A DNA stretch of 64,000 bases from contig RZZS01000001.1 in NCBI GenBank assembly GCA_009929775.1, forward strand, positions 31,297 to 95,296, in the 5' to 3' direction. The first letter of the stretch is position 1, and each line of letters begins with the position of its first letter. The notes beneath the pieces were generated by a model. The model saw only the letters and a list, made by a program, of their open reading frames with translations. It was not told the origin of the DNA and did no database searches. Positions 41,450 to 50,900 of this stretch are shown here, in pieces. A program made the translations under genes and the position numbers. The DNA comes from Alphaproteobacteria bacterium (GTDB taxonomy: Bacteria > Pseudomonadota > Alphaproteobacteria > Micavibrionales > Micavibrionaceae).

Positions 41450-42343
41450 ATGCGCAAAAAACAGTCCACCCGTCACATCGTCATGATCGAGCCCGGCGAG
41501 TTTTACGCCAATCCCGAGACGATGGATACGAACCATTACCAGATCGACGAGCACGAGGCGATTCCGGAGGTCACAAGGCGGGCGATTGCCGAATTCCGTG
41601 GTCTGCGAGATACGCTGGTGGAGGCCGGGGTGCTTGTCACGACGTGGAAAGGTCACAGAACCTGTCCCGACCACGTTTTTCCGAACTGGTTTTCGACCCA
41701 TTCGGACGGCGGATATGTGCTGTATCCGATGGTGAACGAAAACCGACGGGCCGAGCGGTCGGAGGAGATGATCGAATCGCTTGAGAAAGGCTACCGGCTG
41801 CGGCTCGATTTGCGGGAATTCGAATCGCAGGGCCGCGCGCTTGAGAGTAATGGTTCGCTTTGTCAGGATCGAATCAACTATAAGGTCTTCAGCGCGCTGT
41901 CCCGTCGCACGGACCCTGAGCTTGCGGAAAAGTGGGCGCGGGAAACGGGTTACGAACTCGTCCTTTTTGAAACGCGCAGCCACACAGGCAAACCGGTTTA
42001 CCACGTCGATATCGTCATGTTCATCGGCACGGGCTATGCCGGTGTGTGCATGGAAGCGATCCTCCCGGAATATCACGGGCTCGTGCGCGCGGCGCTGGAT
42101 GGGCTGGAGGTCGTCGAACTGACGATGGACCAGATGAAGCATTTCGCCGGAAATTCACTTGAACTGCTCGGACATGACAACGAAAAAATCCTCGTGATGT
42201 CGGGCACGGCCTGCCGCGCCTTGCGGGACGACCAGAAAGAGCGGCTGCTGAAGCACGTCACCAAAATCGTCTGGAGCGATATTCCGACGATAGAAACCTA
42301 TGGCGGCGGCTCGGCGCGGTGTATGATCCAGGAGCTTTATTAG
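41450..42343 (+). CDS. Amidinotransferase-fold protein (arginine deiminase-related / CtlX-like)
   Basis: Start at MRKKQSTRHIVMIEPGEFYANPET. C-terminal YGGGSARCMIQEL is the catalytic Cys motif of guanidino-group-modifying enzymes. Confidence 0.7.
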   Translation: MRKKQSTRHIVMIEPGEFYANPETMDTNHYQIDEHEAIPEVTRRAIAEFRGLRDTLVEAGVLVTTWKGHRTCPDHVFPNWFSTHSDGGYVLYPMVNENRRAERSEEMIESLEKGYRLRLDLREFESQGRALESNGSLCQDRINYKVFSALSRRTDPELAEKWARETGYELVLFETRSHTGKPVYHVDIVMFIGTGYAGVCMEAILPEYHGLVRAALDGLEVVELTMDQMKHFAGNSLELLGHDNEKILVMSGTACRALRDDQKERLLKHVTKIVWSDIPTIETYGGGSARCMIQELY

Positions 42344-42362
42344 CGCATTCAAAAGAACGGTT

Positions 42363-43472
42363 ATGAAACTCGCGCTCTTCCTTCCTGATTTCCGCGGCGG
42401 CGGCGCCCAGAAGATGATGCTGAATCTGGCGGAGGCTTTGGGGGCTATCGGCCATGAGGTCGTTCTTGTGGTCGCCAGGGCCGAAGGACCTTTTCGTCTG
42501 CGGGAAGGAGCGTCGGTGAGGTTGGTCGACCTTGGCTGTTCGCGCACGATTTCTGCCGTTGCTCCGCTGGCCTCGTTTCTTAGGGCCGAGCGCCCTGATG
42601 TCCTGCTGTCCGCTCTGTTCAATGCCAATATTGCGGCGATCCTCGGCGGACTTCTTGCAGGCGGGCGACGTCCGAAGATCGTCGTGACAGAACGCAATTA
42701 TTTCAGCGCAAGGGTGGGCAACAGCGACCGGCTGGCCGACAGGTTTTATCCTTTTTTTGTCCGTTTGTTATATCGGTTTGCCGACAAGGTTGTCGGTATA
42801 TCGGACGGTGTTACCGAAGACGTGCGTCGCGTGGCCGGAATTCCGCAAGCGAGGGTGTGCCGGATCTACAACCCTGTTGTGACGGAGGATTTTGACCGGC
42901 TGCTGGCGGAAGATGTCGCGGACGAGTGGCTTGACGATCCTGAAAGACCTGTGATCGTCACGTCCGGGCGATTTGTGCCGCAGAAGGACTATTTCACCTT
43001 GCTCAAGGCCTTTGCCGAGTTGAGAAAAGAGAGCGAGGCGGGTCTTCTCGTCCTCGGTCACGGGCCGTTGCAGGCCGAACTCGAAGAGGTTTGCGAGTCT
43101 CTGGCCATTCGGGACGATGTGCATTTTGTCGGTTTCGTCGAGAACCCCCTTGCGTATTTGCGGAAAGCTTCGCTGTTCGTGATGGCTTCGCGCTGGGAAG
43201 GGTTTTGCAATGTGATCGTCGAGGCGCTCTATTGCGGCTTGCCGGTCGTGGCTACTGATTGTCCATCGGGTCCGGCCGAAATTCTGGAAGGCGGACGTTA
43301 CGGGCGTCTTGTGCCGGTGGGAGACGTTGACGCTCTGGCCAGGGCGCTGGCTGATGGGCTTGCGGAGGAGCCGGATCGCGAAGCGCTCCGTGACAGGGCC
43401 CACGAATTTTCTGCAGATCGAATCGCTCGCGAATTTGAAGCGCTTTTCATCGAGCTTGTGGGGCTGAGATGA
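42363..43472 (+). CDS. GT4-family glycosyltransferase
   Basis: RWEGFCNVIVEALYCGLPVVATDCPSGPAEIL. Confidence 0.85.
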   Translation: MKLALFLPDFRGGGAQKMMLNLAEALGAIGHEVVLVVARAEGPFRLREGASVRLVDLGCSRTISAVAPLASFLRAERPDVLLSALFNANIAAILGGLLAGGRRPKIVVTERNYFSARVGNSDRLADRFYPFFVRLLYRFADKVVGISDGVTEDVRRVAGIPQARVCRIYNPVVTEDFDRLLAEDVADEWLDDPERPVIVTSGRFVPQKDYFTLLKAFAELRKESEAGLLVLGHGPLQAELEEVCESLAIRDDVHFVGFVENPLAYLRKASLFVMASRWEGFCNVIVEALYCGLPVVATDCPSGPAEILEGGRYGRLVPVGDVDALARALADGLAEEPDREALRDRAHEFSADRIAREFEALFIELVGLR

Positions 43473-44638
43473 AAATCCTCGTTGTCGCCAGCAAATTTCC
43501 GCCTGAATATTCGGGTCCCGGCGTGCGCATCCCGCGTCTTTACAAAGCCATCGGGCCGGAGCTGGACGCGGACGTGCAGGTTCTCTGCGGCGGTACCGAA
43601 TATACGAAATGGGAGGATTACGAACACGAGGGCTTTCCCGTCAGGCGGCGGGCGGTGCCGTTTTTCAGGCACTTGACGTTCCTGCCACCGAAAATCCGCG
43701 AATTCCTGACCCAGTGCGCGGAAAGCCTTGCCGGTCTGCTGGCCCTGCGGGCGTACAAGGATATCGACATGGTCCATATCCTCGGCTGCTCTGGATTGAC
43801 GGCGGCGGCTATTTTCTGGGCGAACCGAAAAGGGGTACCCGTTTTTCAGGAACTGGTGACCGCCAAAGCCCGTCCGTTTCAGCGTCTCGGGTTTTGGACC
43901 GTAAGGCCACATGCCCGGAGCGTTATTATGGCTCTGCGCGAGGACGCTGCAAGGGCTGCGGAGGATATGGGGTATGCGCGTGTATGGAAGCGCCCTAACC
44001 CGATAGATACCGATAGCTTTTGTGTTCCGGAACTCCGGGAGAAAATCGAATTGCGCCGGAGGTTGACGCCGTTTGGAGAGGAAGACGTCGTGCTTACGAC
44101 GGTTGCGAAACTGATGCCGCAAAAGAACCAGATTTTTCTTCTGGATGTTCTCGTAAGGCTTTCCGAAAAATATAAACTGGTTGTCGCGGGGCCGAAAGTA
44201 ACGCAGGGGCCGTTTCTGGCGCGTGATACGGCTTATTTTGATGCGCTGGCAGGCCGGATCGAGGAACTTGACCTTACTTCCCGGGTGCATATAGTCGCCG
44301 ACTATGTGAATGCCGCCGATTATATGCGGTTTTCGGATATCTATGCGATGCCCGCCTGGGACGAGGGGTTCGGGACGCCGATGATCGAGGCGCTGGCCTG
44401 CGGCTTGCCAGTGATCGCCAATGAGGAGGAGCCTGTTTTCGGCGAGTGGATTCGCAACGGCGACAACGGTTTTGTCTGTTGTCTCGTGCCGGAACTCTGG
44501 GAGGAATCGATCCGGAAAGCCGTAGCGTTCCCGCCGGAGCAGCGCCGCGAGGAAGCGGAAAAAATGGCGTTGATCGCAGGCGACAAAACGATTTATGACC
44601 GCTATGTTTCTTTGATAAAAGAACTTGTCCTGCGTTGA
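43469..44638 (+). CDS. GT4-family glycosyltransferase
   Basis: MKILVVASKFPPEYSGPGVR and WDEGFGTPMIEALACGLPVIANE. ATGA overlap with the upstream GT gene. Confidence 0.8.
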   Translation: MKILVVASKFPPEYSGPGVRIPRLYKAIGPELDADVQVLCGGTEYTKWEDYEHEGFPVRRRAVPFFRHLTFLPPKIREFLTQCAESLAGLLALRAYKDIDMVHILGCSGLTAAAIFWANRKGVPVFQELVTAKARPFQRLGFWTVRPHARSVIMALREDAARAAEDMGYARVWKRPNPIDTDSFCVPELREKIELRRRLTPFGEEDVVLTTVAKLMPQKNQIFLLDVLVRLSEKYKLVVAGPKVTQGPFLARDTAYFDALAGRIEELDLTSRVHIVADYVNAADYMRFSDIYAMPAWDEGFGTPMIEALACGLPVIANEEEPVFGEWIRNGDNGFVCCLVPELWEESIRKAVAFPPEQRREEAEKMALIAGDKTIYDRYVSLIKELVLR

Positions 44639-44645
44639 GAAAAAA

Positions 44646-45977
44646 ATGAACCTTGTATCGGAAATCAGGTCAAAGATTGAAACCGGCGCGATCATCGGCG
44701 GCGTAATCGGTCTTGGTTATGTAGGCCTTCCTCTTGTGTCGAGCATGGCGCGCAACGGGGTGAAAGCAATCGGCTTTGATATTGATCCGGCAAAGGCGGG
44801 AATGCTGAATTCCGGAAAGAGCTATCTTGAAACAGTTTCTGACGAGGAAATAAGTTACGCCCTTGAAAAGGGTTTGTTCGAGGCGACAGCCGATATGTCC
44901 CGGCTGAAGGAGGCGGATTTTCTGATTATCTGCGTGCCGACTCCGCTCGACGAGCACAAGACGCCGGATCTGAGCTATGTCGAGGATACGAGCCGGACCA
45001 TTGCGACGTATCTCCGTCGTGGCCATGTCGTCAGCCTCGAATCCACGACCTATCCCGGCACGATGGAGGAGGTGGTCAAGCCGATTCTCGAACAGAGCGG
45101 GCTCAAGGACGCAGAGGATTTTTACGTCATTTATTCGCCTGAACGCGAAGATCCAGGCAATAAGGATTTCAAAACGCATTCGATTCCCAAGGTCGTCGGG
45201 GCCGATCAGCCGGAAGCGCTCGAACTGGCCATGCGATTTTACGGCAAGTTTATCGATACGGTTGTTCCAGTCCGGAACGCGAAGACGGCGGAAGCCGTCA
45301 AGATCACCGAAAATATTTTTCGTGCCGTAAATATCGCGCTCGTCAATGAGCTGAAAGTTATTTACGACCGCATGGGAATCGATGTCTGGGAGGTGATCGA
45401 GGCAGCCAAAACGAAGCCGTTCGGCTATATGCCGTTCTATCCGGGGCCCGGACTTGGGGGGCACTGCATCCCGATCGATCCGTTTTACCTGTCATGGAAA
45501 GCGCAGGAATACGATATGCCGACCCGTTTCATCGAACTGGCCGGCGAGATCAATATCTCCATGCCGCGCTATGTGCTGGAAAAAACGGCATGGGCGCTAA
45601 ACCATCACGCGTCAAAGGCATTGAACGGCTCGAGGCTGCTCATGCTTGGCGTTGCTTATAAAAAGAACGTCAACGACCAGCGGGAGTCCCCGGCGTTTCC
45701 GCTCATCCGACTGTTGGAAGAGCAGGGAGCGCGAGTGGATTTCCATGATCCGCACATCCCCGAAATCCTTCCGACCCGCCATTTCGCGGAACTGGGCGGG
45801 CGCAAGTCGGTGGAGCGGGATTCTCTTGATATCGCCGCTTACGACGCTGTTCTGGTCGTGACGGACCATGATGCGATTGACTATGCCTTGGTCGCCGAGA
45901 GCGCAAAGCTCATCATCGATTCCCGTAATGTGATGGCGCGGTTTCCTGATGTAGCAAAGAAGACGGTAAAGGCCTGA
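44646..45977 (+). CDS. UDP-N-acetyl-hexosamine 6-dehydrogenase (WbpA/WbpO/TviB/WecC group of nucleotide-sugar dehydrogenases)
   Basis: VIGLGYVGLP NAD motif, catalytic GLGGHCIPIDP, and C-terminal UDP-binding domain LGVAYKKNVNDQRESP. Confidence 0.85.
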   Translation: MNLVSEIRSKIETGAIIGGVIGLGYVGLPLVSSMARNGVKAIGFDIDPAKAGMLNSGKSYLETVSDEEISYALEKGLFEATADMSRLKEADFLIICVPTPLDEHKTPDLSYVEDTSRTIATYLRRGHVVSLESTTYPGTMEEVVKPILEQSGLKDAEDFYVIYSPEREDPGNKDFKTHSIPKVVGADQPEALELAMRFYGKFIDTVVPVRNAKTAEAVKITENIFRAVNIALVNELKVIYDRMGIDVWEVIEAAKTKPFGYMPFYPGPGLGGHCIPIDPFYLSWKAQEYDMPTRFIELAGEINISMPRYVLEKTAWALNHHASKALNGSRLLMLGVAYKKNVNDQRESPAFPLIRLLEEQGARVDFHDPHIPEILPTRHFAELGGRKSVERDSLDIAAYDAVLVVTDHDAIDYALVAESAKLIIDSRNVMARFPDVAKKTVKA

Positions 45978-46078
45978 CGTTGAAAGCCTGATGGGTGGCG
46001 CTTCGTACTGTTTTTCCGACCTCCGCGGATGCAAATGGGCCGAAAGTCCATTTTCTAGGGGGAAAACAAAACACGCCT

Positions 46079-46804
46079 TTATGCGCGGATTCTCGAGCGC
46101 TGATGCTCATCCTTTTTTGCTACAAACAGTGTCCGTTTGATGTCTGTCAGGCCCGTGTCGAATGTGCCGATAGTTTCCACTTGGGAAAAGCCAATCTCTC
46201 TTAGAAAGCGCTCTATCCAGCTTTGGGGTTCCTCTCCCATAAAGGAGAGCTTATCGGCCCATTTCGTGCCTTTTTCATCCGGCTGGCCTGTTTCGAAAAA
46301 CATCATGTCGCTTTTCGATGCGAGCTCCCGCATCATTTCCTGCGCCTGATCGGCGCCGTAGGCTTTTACCCAGTGGTGAAAGACAGAAAGGTTGTTGACG
46401 ACTTCAAATGAAGGCATTGTCCGGACGAATTCCGGGTCCATCATTGCCTTAACAAACAGGACATTTTTCATTCCGGAATGTTCTAGAATAGCGTTACAGC
46501 AAGTGATGTTGAAGTGATCTGCTTCGATTCCCCAGGCCATAAGCCCTTGTTTCCGGGAAGCTTGAAACGAAAAATAGCCGATGTTGCAGCCGATATCGAG
46601 GAACGATCCCCTTTTCCCCTCGAGATGGTGTTCCATCGCGGCCCAGCGGTCCTCGCAGCCGCGGGTTACGTCCGATGAGGTCGAGGATGCGCCAAAAACG
46701 GGCTGGTAGTGCTTGAAAACCGGAACTTTGACGATGACGGCATACACAAGGCGATAGGCAAGTGAAAGCAAAACTCTGTAGGCAGATTTAATGTGGCGTT
46801 TCAT
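46079..46804 (-). CDS. Class I SAM-dependent methyltransferase
   Basis: SAM motif I FLDIGCNIGYFSF. Last gene of the minus-strand operon. Confidence 0.7.
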   Translation of the reverse strand: MKRHIKSAYRVLLSLAYRLVYAVIVKVPVFKHYQPVFGASSTSSDVTRGCEDRWAAMEHHLEGKRGSFLDIGCNIGYFSFQASRKQGLMAWGIEADHFNITCCNAILEHSGMKNVLFVKAMMDPEFVRTMPSFEVVNNLSVFHHWVKAYGADQAQEMMRELASKSDMMFFETGQPDEKGTKWADKLSFMGEEPQSWIERFLREIGFSQVETIGTFDTGLTDIKRTLFVAKKDEHQRSRIRA

Positions 46805-47364
46805 GCGGTAAGGGCCTTCTTGAAGTTATCGATATCGCCGGAGCGAACTCTATAGACCTGCTTGATACGGGGCAATATCTGTTTTTCCAGCAGGGTGGCT
46901 GCGCGCTCGTAGTGCGGCCTTAAAGAGTCGGGCGGGAGGGAAAACCGCCGAGGTTCGCGGTTCGTTTCGCGGAAGACGATGGTTTCGATCTCATCCTCGA
47001 CCCATATAAGTCTTTCCGGAAGGCCGAGCTTTTCAAGCAGCTTCAGTTTTACTTCGCAATTGTCGAAACCGGTGACGATCAGGTTTTCAAGTAGGACCTG
47101 CACAATTCCGGAATCGTAAAAAAAAATCCGGTCGTTTTTATTGAGAAAAAACCGGAAAGACAGTCGGTAGGCGAGCTTGCGACCAAGCTCCGGATCTTTG
47201 CATTCTCGCCCGATGAAAGGTTTGGCAAGCCGCGTACCAAGAGAATTGATGATTCCGCAGTGGTTCGATCTCACGATTCGGAGTGTTTCAGGGAGAGTGC
47301 CCATTACCTGTTCATACAGGCGGGTTTTCCCGACTCCCGGAAGGCCGGTGGTTTCAATCCACAT
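46801..47364 (-). CDS. Small P-loop NTPase/kinase-like protein, function unknown
   Basis: N-terminal Walker A GLPGVGKT. 187 aa. Overlaps both neighbours (4 nt and 11 nt). Confidence 0.5.
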   Translation of the reverse strand: MWIETTGLPGVGKTRLYEQVMGTLPETLRIVRSNHCGIINSLGTRLAKPFIGRECKDPELGRKLAYRLSFRFFLNKNDRIFFYDSGIVQVLLENLIVTGFDNCEVKLKLLEKLGLPERLIWVEDEIETIVFRETNREPRRFSLPPDSLRPHYERAATLLEKQILPRIKQVYRVRSGDIDNFKKALTA

Positions 47365-49009
47365 CGTCGTTATCCTCTGGCAGTCCCATCGCCCGCCTTA
47401 TATCTGGCGACCCCATTTCGTTCTCCATGAGCCATTGGCGGACATAAAGGGAAAAAATGTTCCGGGTGTTGCGATAATGTTTCGCGTGGATGCCGAACGG
47501 AAAAAAAGCGAACTGGTTTGAATAATGGCCGAAATAGCGCATGAGGGCGTAGAAATTTGCTTTATGCCGCTTTCCGAAGAGGTTGGCGATTTGCGCAGCC
47601 GGGATAACCCAGAGCATTGGCGCGGGCCAGCGCCAGAGTTCAGGTTCTCGCGTTGGGAAAAGACCACAATAATTATAGGCGCGAAGATAGTCTTTAAACA
47701 GAGCCTGACCGATTTTCTGGTCGAGCGGCAGGCGAGCGCAGAAATCGACCAGGTCTTTTGCCCAAAGTGGCAGTTCCCAAGCCCAGCCGAAGAACTCATA
47801 CGATCGCTGCCCGTTGACGACAAGACAGACCTGACGGGCATCGTATTCCCACTGCTCCGCTTTCAGGCCCCAATACGCCGGGTTTGTCTCACCGCAATCG
47901 TACGGGGCTTGCTCGTATATCCTGCGCCGGATTGTATCGAGGTTTTCCGCTGAGGCGAGATTTTTCCAGAGATCGTAATGCTTGCTCGCGATGCCGTGGA
48001 GGTAATCGGTTTCGCTTACCGGGCTGGAATTCACAGCGTAGCCCGGAATATGGCCGCCGGTAAGATAGTCGCCTGTCTGGCCGTTGATGAGGATCGCTTC
48101 GGGGGGAATGGTGCGCTTGTCCTTCAATGTTTTCAGAGCGCAGAATTCCCTCATACTCGGTGCTGCCTTAAGGCCATCGGCGTAATCCTGATATCCATTA
48201 CGTTCCGGAGAGGCGTAGATAGCCCGGCACGCTCGCATCGATAATCCTGTGAATTGCCATGGAACGTTCAGCTTTCTTGCAACGCGCTGCGCGTACTTGG
48301 CTTCAAAGTTGAAGCGCGGACCGTAGGTAAAGGTATGCAGATTCCTGTATCCGTGTTCGTGCAGCTTGCAAAGGATAATCCGGGAATCGAGCCCCGCGCT
48401 CAGGGGGATCCATATCGGGCGTCCATCTGCGCGTTCAATGATCTCGAGAGCCTGACGGTCGAGGATCTCTCCAAGCCGCGTCCGGTTGTCTTCCCATCCG
48501 TGTGTTGGGTCCGGCATTGTAACATAGCGGAACCATCGATGCAGGAACGGTGCGTCCATTCCCTCGCGCCAGACTATTAGCTCTCCGGGCTGAATGACCT
48601 TAAGGTCGCGGTACAGTGTGTGTTTACCGGTTGCATAGCCTGACATTGCGAATTCAATAAGCGATTCGCTATCCGCAACGTCGATATCTGCGGCATCTCG
48701 TACGCTGCGCGCATCGTTGCCGATGAATAGTCGGCCATCTTTAAAAGAGTAAAAAATGGGAAAACTTCGGATGTGGTCGGCCCAGGCGATCAGCGTATCG
48801 CCGTTCCGGACAAATCCTCCGTGGAAGCCGGTTTGTTTTCCTAGGCGCGAGGTCGCGTTCTCAATAAGTGTGGGAATATCCTCGCTTGTCTCGACGGGAA
48901 GGTGATCGGGGGCGTATCTATGGCCGACGAGAATCGTTTCCCGTCCGGCTTCGATAGTCCTTTGCCAGTGCCTGAAGGGACCGTCAAGGATAAAGCAGGT
49001 TTCAATCAT
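47354..49009 (-). CDS. Asparagine synthase-like PP-loop amidotransferase homologue lacking the N-terminal Cys nucleophile
   Basis: PP-loop IPLSAGLDSRIIL (SGGLDS type). The N-terminus is MIETCF, not MCG. Confidence 0.7.
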   Translation of the reverse strand: MIETCFILDGPFRHWQRTIEAGRETILVGHRYAPDHLPVETSEDIPTLIENATSRLGKQTGFHGGFVRNGDTLIAWADHIRSFPIFYSFKDGRLFIGNDARSVRDAADIDVADSESLIEFAMSGYATGKHTLYRDLKVIQPGELIVWREGMDAPFLHRWFRYVTMPDPTHGWEDNRTRLGEILDRQALEIIERADGRPIWIPLSAGLDSRIILCKLHEHGYRNLHTFTYGPRFNFEAKYAQRVARKLNVPWQFTGLSMRACRAIYASPERNGYQDYADGLKAAPSMREFCALKTLKDKRTIPPEAILINGQTGDYLTGGHIPGYAVNSSPVSETDYLHGIASKHYDLWKNLASAENLDTIRRRIYEQAPYDCGETNPAYWGLKAEQWEYDARQVCLVVNGQRSYEFFGWAWELPLWAKDLVDFCARLPLDQKIGQALFKDYLRAYNYCGLFPTREPELWRWPAPMLWVIPAAQIANLFGKRHKANFYALMRYFGHYSNQFAFFPFGIHAKHYRNTRNIFSLYVRQWLMENEMGSPDIRRAMGLPEDNDDVD

Positions 49010-49022
49010 GCGGGCGGTTCTC

Positions 49023-50756
49023 TTAAGCGTTCATCTTCAAGGTGGCCGACGATTTGATAGTATTCTGGAGGTCGATCAAATTGTCGGCTAGCTTTTTGGC
49101 TGCGGGATTGTGGGTAATCAGAATAACGGCCACGGATGCTGAAACAGCTTTCAATGTTTCGAAAATCTCCGTTTCGCTATCCTTGTCGAGAGCGCTCGTC
49201 GGTTCGTCTAGGATCAACAGTTCCGGTTTGCGGATCAGGGCCCGGGCAAGGGCGATGCGCTGTCTCTGGCCTCCGGACAATCGTCCGCCGCGTTCGCCGA
49301 CAACGGCATCGAGTCCGCCCGGCATTCCACGCACGAATTCCCATGCTGAGGCTTGACGAAGCGCGTCAGTGACGTCTTCCTCGCTGTAACTACCTTCTCC
49401 GAGCGTGATGTTTTTTCGGATTGAATCATGGAAGAGAAACGTGTCCTGCGGAACGTACCCGGTTTTCCGGCGCCAGTCTCTTAGGTCGATATCGTCCATT
49501 TTTTCCCCATCGATCCGGATTTCGCCTCCGGAAACAGGCAGCAGGCCGAGGACGGCGTCGGTCAGCGTGGTTTTGCCGATGCCGGAGGGACCGAAGAGAA
49601 CGGTAACTTTCTTCGCCGGGATGGATGCTGAGAAGTCCTCAAACACTGTATGTCCATTGCGGTAGCGAATTGTCACTGCGTCGATATCGATTGATGTATT
49701 GAAGGACGGTTTCCGACCTTCATGCATTTTTTCCGAGAACTTCCCGGCGGCGTCGATCTGCCTCTCCAGCGACCAGACGGCGGATTCATTTTGAAGCATG
49801 TTCTGGTAGTGGCTTTGAGCAAGACTCACATAACCCATGAGCCGGTGGAACAGGAACGCCAGCAGCAGGACCTGTGGAACCGGCACGCTTGTGAATGTCA
49901 GGACAAACCATAGACCGCAAGCCAGAGAGATGACGAGTGCTGGTTCGTAGATGATCTGGATAAGCAGGGAGGAGACGTATTGCTGTTTGCGAGCTTTGAC
50001 AACCGCGGCGGTTTCTTCGTTGAGCTTCTGGCAGAAACGCTCTTCCTGTGCCATGGCTTTGAGCGGCTTGGCCCCGGAAAGCGCGTCGTTCAGGCGGCCG
50101 AGAAGGGAGTCCATCGTTTCCGACAGGTCCCTTCCGGCTTCTCTTGCCATGCGCATGACTCCCTTCACGAGGAAAGCGAGTACGCCGCCGAGCAGAATGG
50201 CCAGAAGGCTCAGTTTCCACGAAACGATAAACGCGGCACCGATATAGATTGCCGCCTGCACGAAAGCCGCCAGCGTCTTCCCCGCGAGCATGTAGCTGTG
50301 CCCGGCGCGCTGCGATTCGGTGGCAATGGCGTTCGACACGGCGCCGACGGAAAGACCTGTAAAATACTGCCACTCTGCGCTCATCAGGGCGCGGATCAGG
50401 CGCATCTGGAAGTCTCTGGCGATATCGGCAGCGACGAAACCTGCGTAGCGGAGCGCATGGAAGAAAATCGTGGCCTTGGCGACGATCGTCAGGACAACCG
50501 TGAGAAGCAGAATTTCAAGTTTTGGCTCCAGTCCGGCAAGAGCGTAAAGGGAGGCGATGAAGTCGTTAAGGACGCCGCCGTTTTCTGACGGAGACTGATC
50601 GATGACGACCGATATGAGAGGAAGCAGGGCGCTGATCCCAATCGTTTCGGCAAATCCGGCGGCCAGGAGCGCAGCGACGATCGTAAGAGACTGGCGCGGG
50701 TAGGCGCGGGCGAAGAAGGGGAAGAGCAAAAAAGATGGTTGTCCAACAATTGGCAT
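49023..50756 (-). CDS. Fused TMD-NBD ABC exporter (MsbA/PglK-like)
   Basis: Start re-set to ATG 50756 (MPIVGQPSF). Six-TM domain, then Walker A GPSGIGKTT, signature LSGGQRQRIALARAL and Walker B LILDEPTSALD. Confidence 0.88.
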   Translation of the reverse strand: MPIVGQPSFLLFPFFARAYPRQSLTIVAALLAAGFAETIGISALLPLISVVIDQSPSENGGVLNDFIASLYALAGLEPKLEILLLTVVLTIVAKATIFFHALRYAGFVAADIARDFQMRLIRALMSAEWQYFTGLSVGAVSNAIATESQRAGHSYMLAGKTLAAFVQAAIYIGAAFIVSWKLSLLAILLGGVLAFLVKGVMRMAREAGRDLSETMDSLLGRLNDALSGAKPLKAMAQEERFCQKLNEETAAVVKARKQQYVSSLLIQIIYEPALVISLACGLWFVLTFTSVPVPQVLLLAFLFHRLMGYVSLAQSHYQNMLQNESAVWSLERQIDAAGKFSEKMHEGRKPSFNTSIDIDAVTIRYRNGHTVFEDFSASIPAKKVTVLFGPSGIGKTTLTDAVLGLLPVSGGEIRIDGEKMDDIDLRDWRRKTGYVPQDTFLFHDSIRKNITLGEGSYSEEDVTDALRQASAWEFVRGMPGGLDAVVGERGGRLSGGQRQRIALARALIRKPELLILDEPTSALDKDSETEIFETLKAVSASVAVILITHNPAAKKLADNLIDLQNTIKSSATLKMNA

Positions 50757-50900
50757 TGAATGATCGGTTCGTACACAAAGAGATGTCAAGTGCCAGACTT
50801 TAGCAAAGCGCGGCTTTTCGAACGACTCATTTTTCTTTGTATGTTTACCGATTATGCGGATATGAGCTAAGAGAGATCGACAATAGCGAGAAACCAGATT

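Noticed and set aside
47354-50900. Possible lasso-peptide cluster (Asn-synthase-like cyclase next to an ABC exporter, plus a kinase-like P-loop protein and a methyltransferase).
   Set aside because: There is no transglutaminase-like B protease or RRE. The only upstream mini-ORF (50786..50830, MSRSKSRALLKSGT) has no acidic residue for ring closure. The surrounding genes are all glycan biosynthesis.
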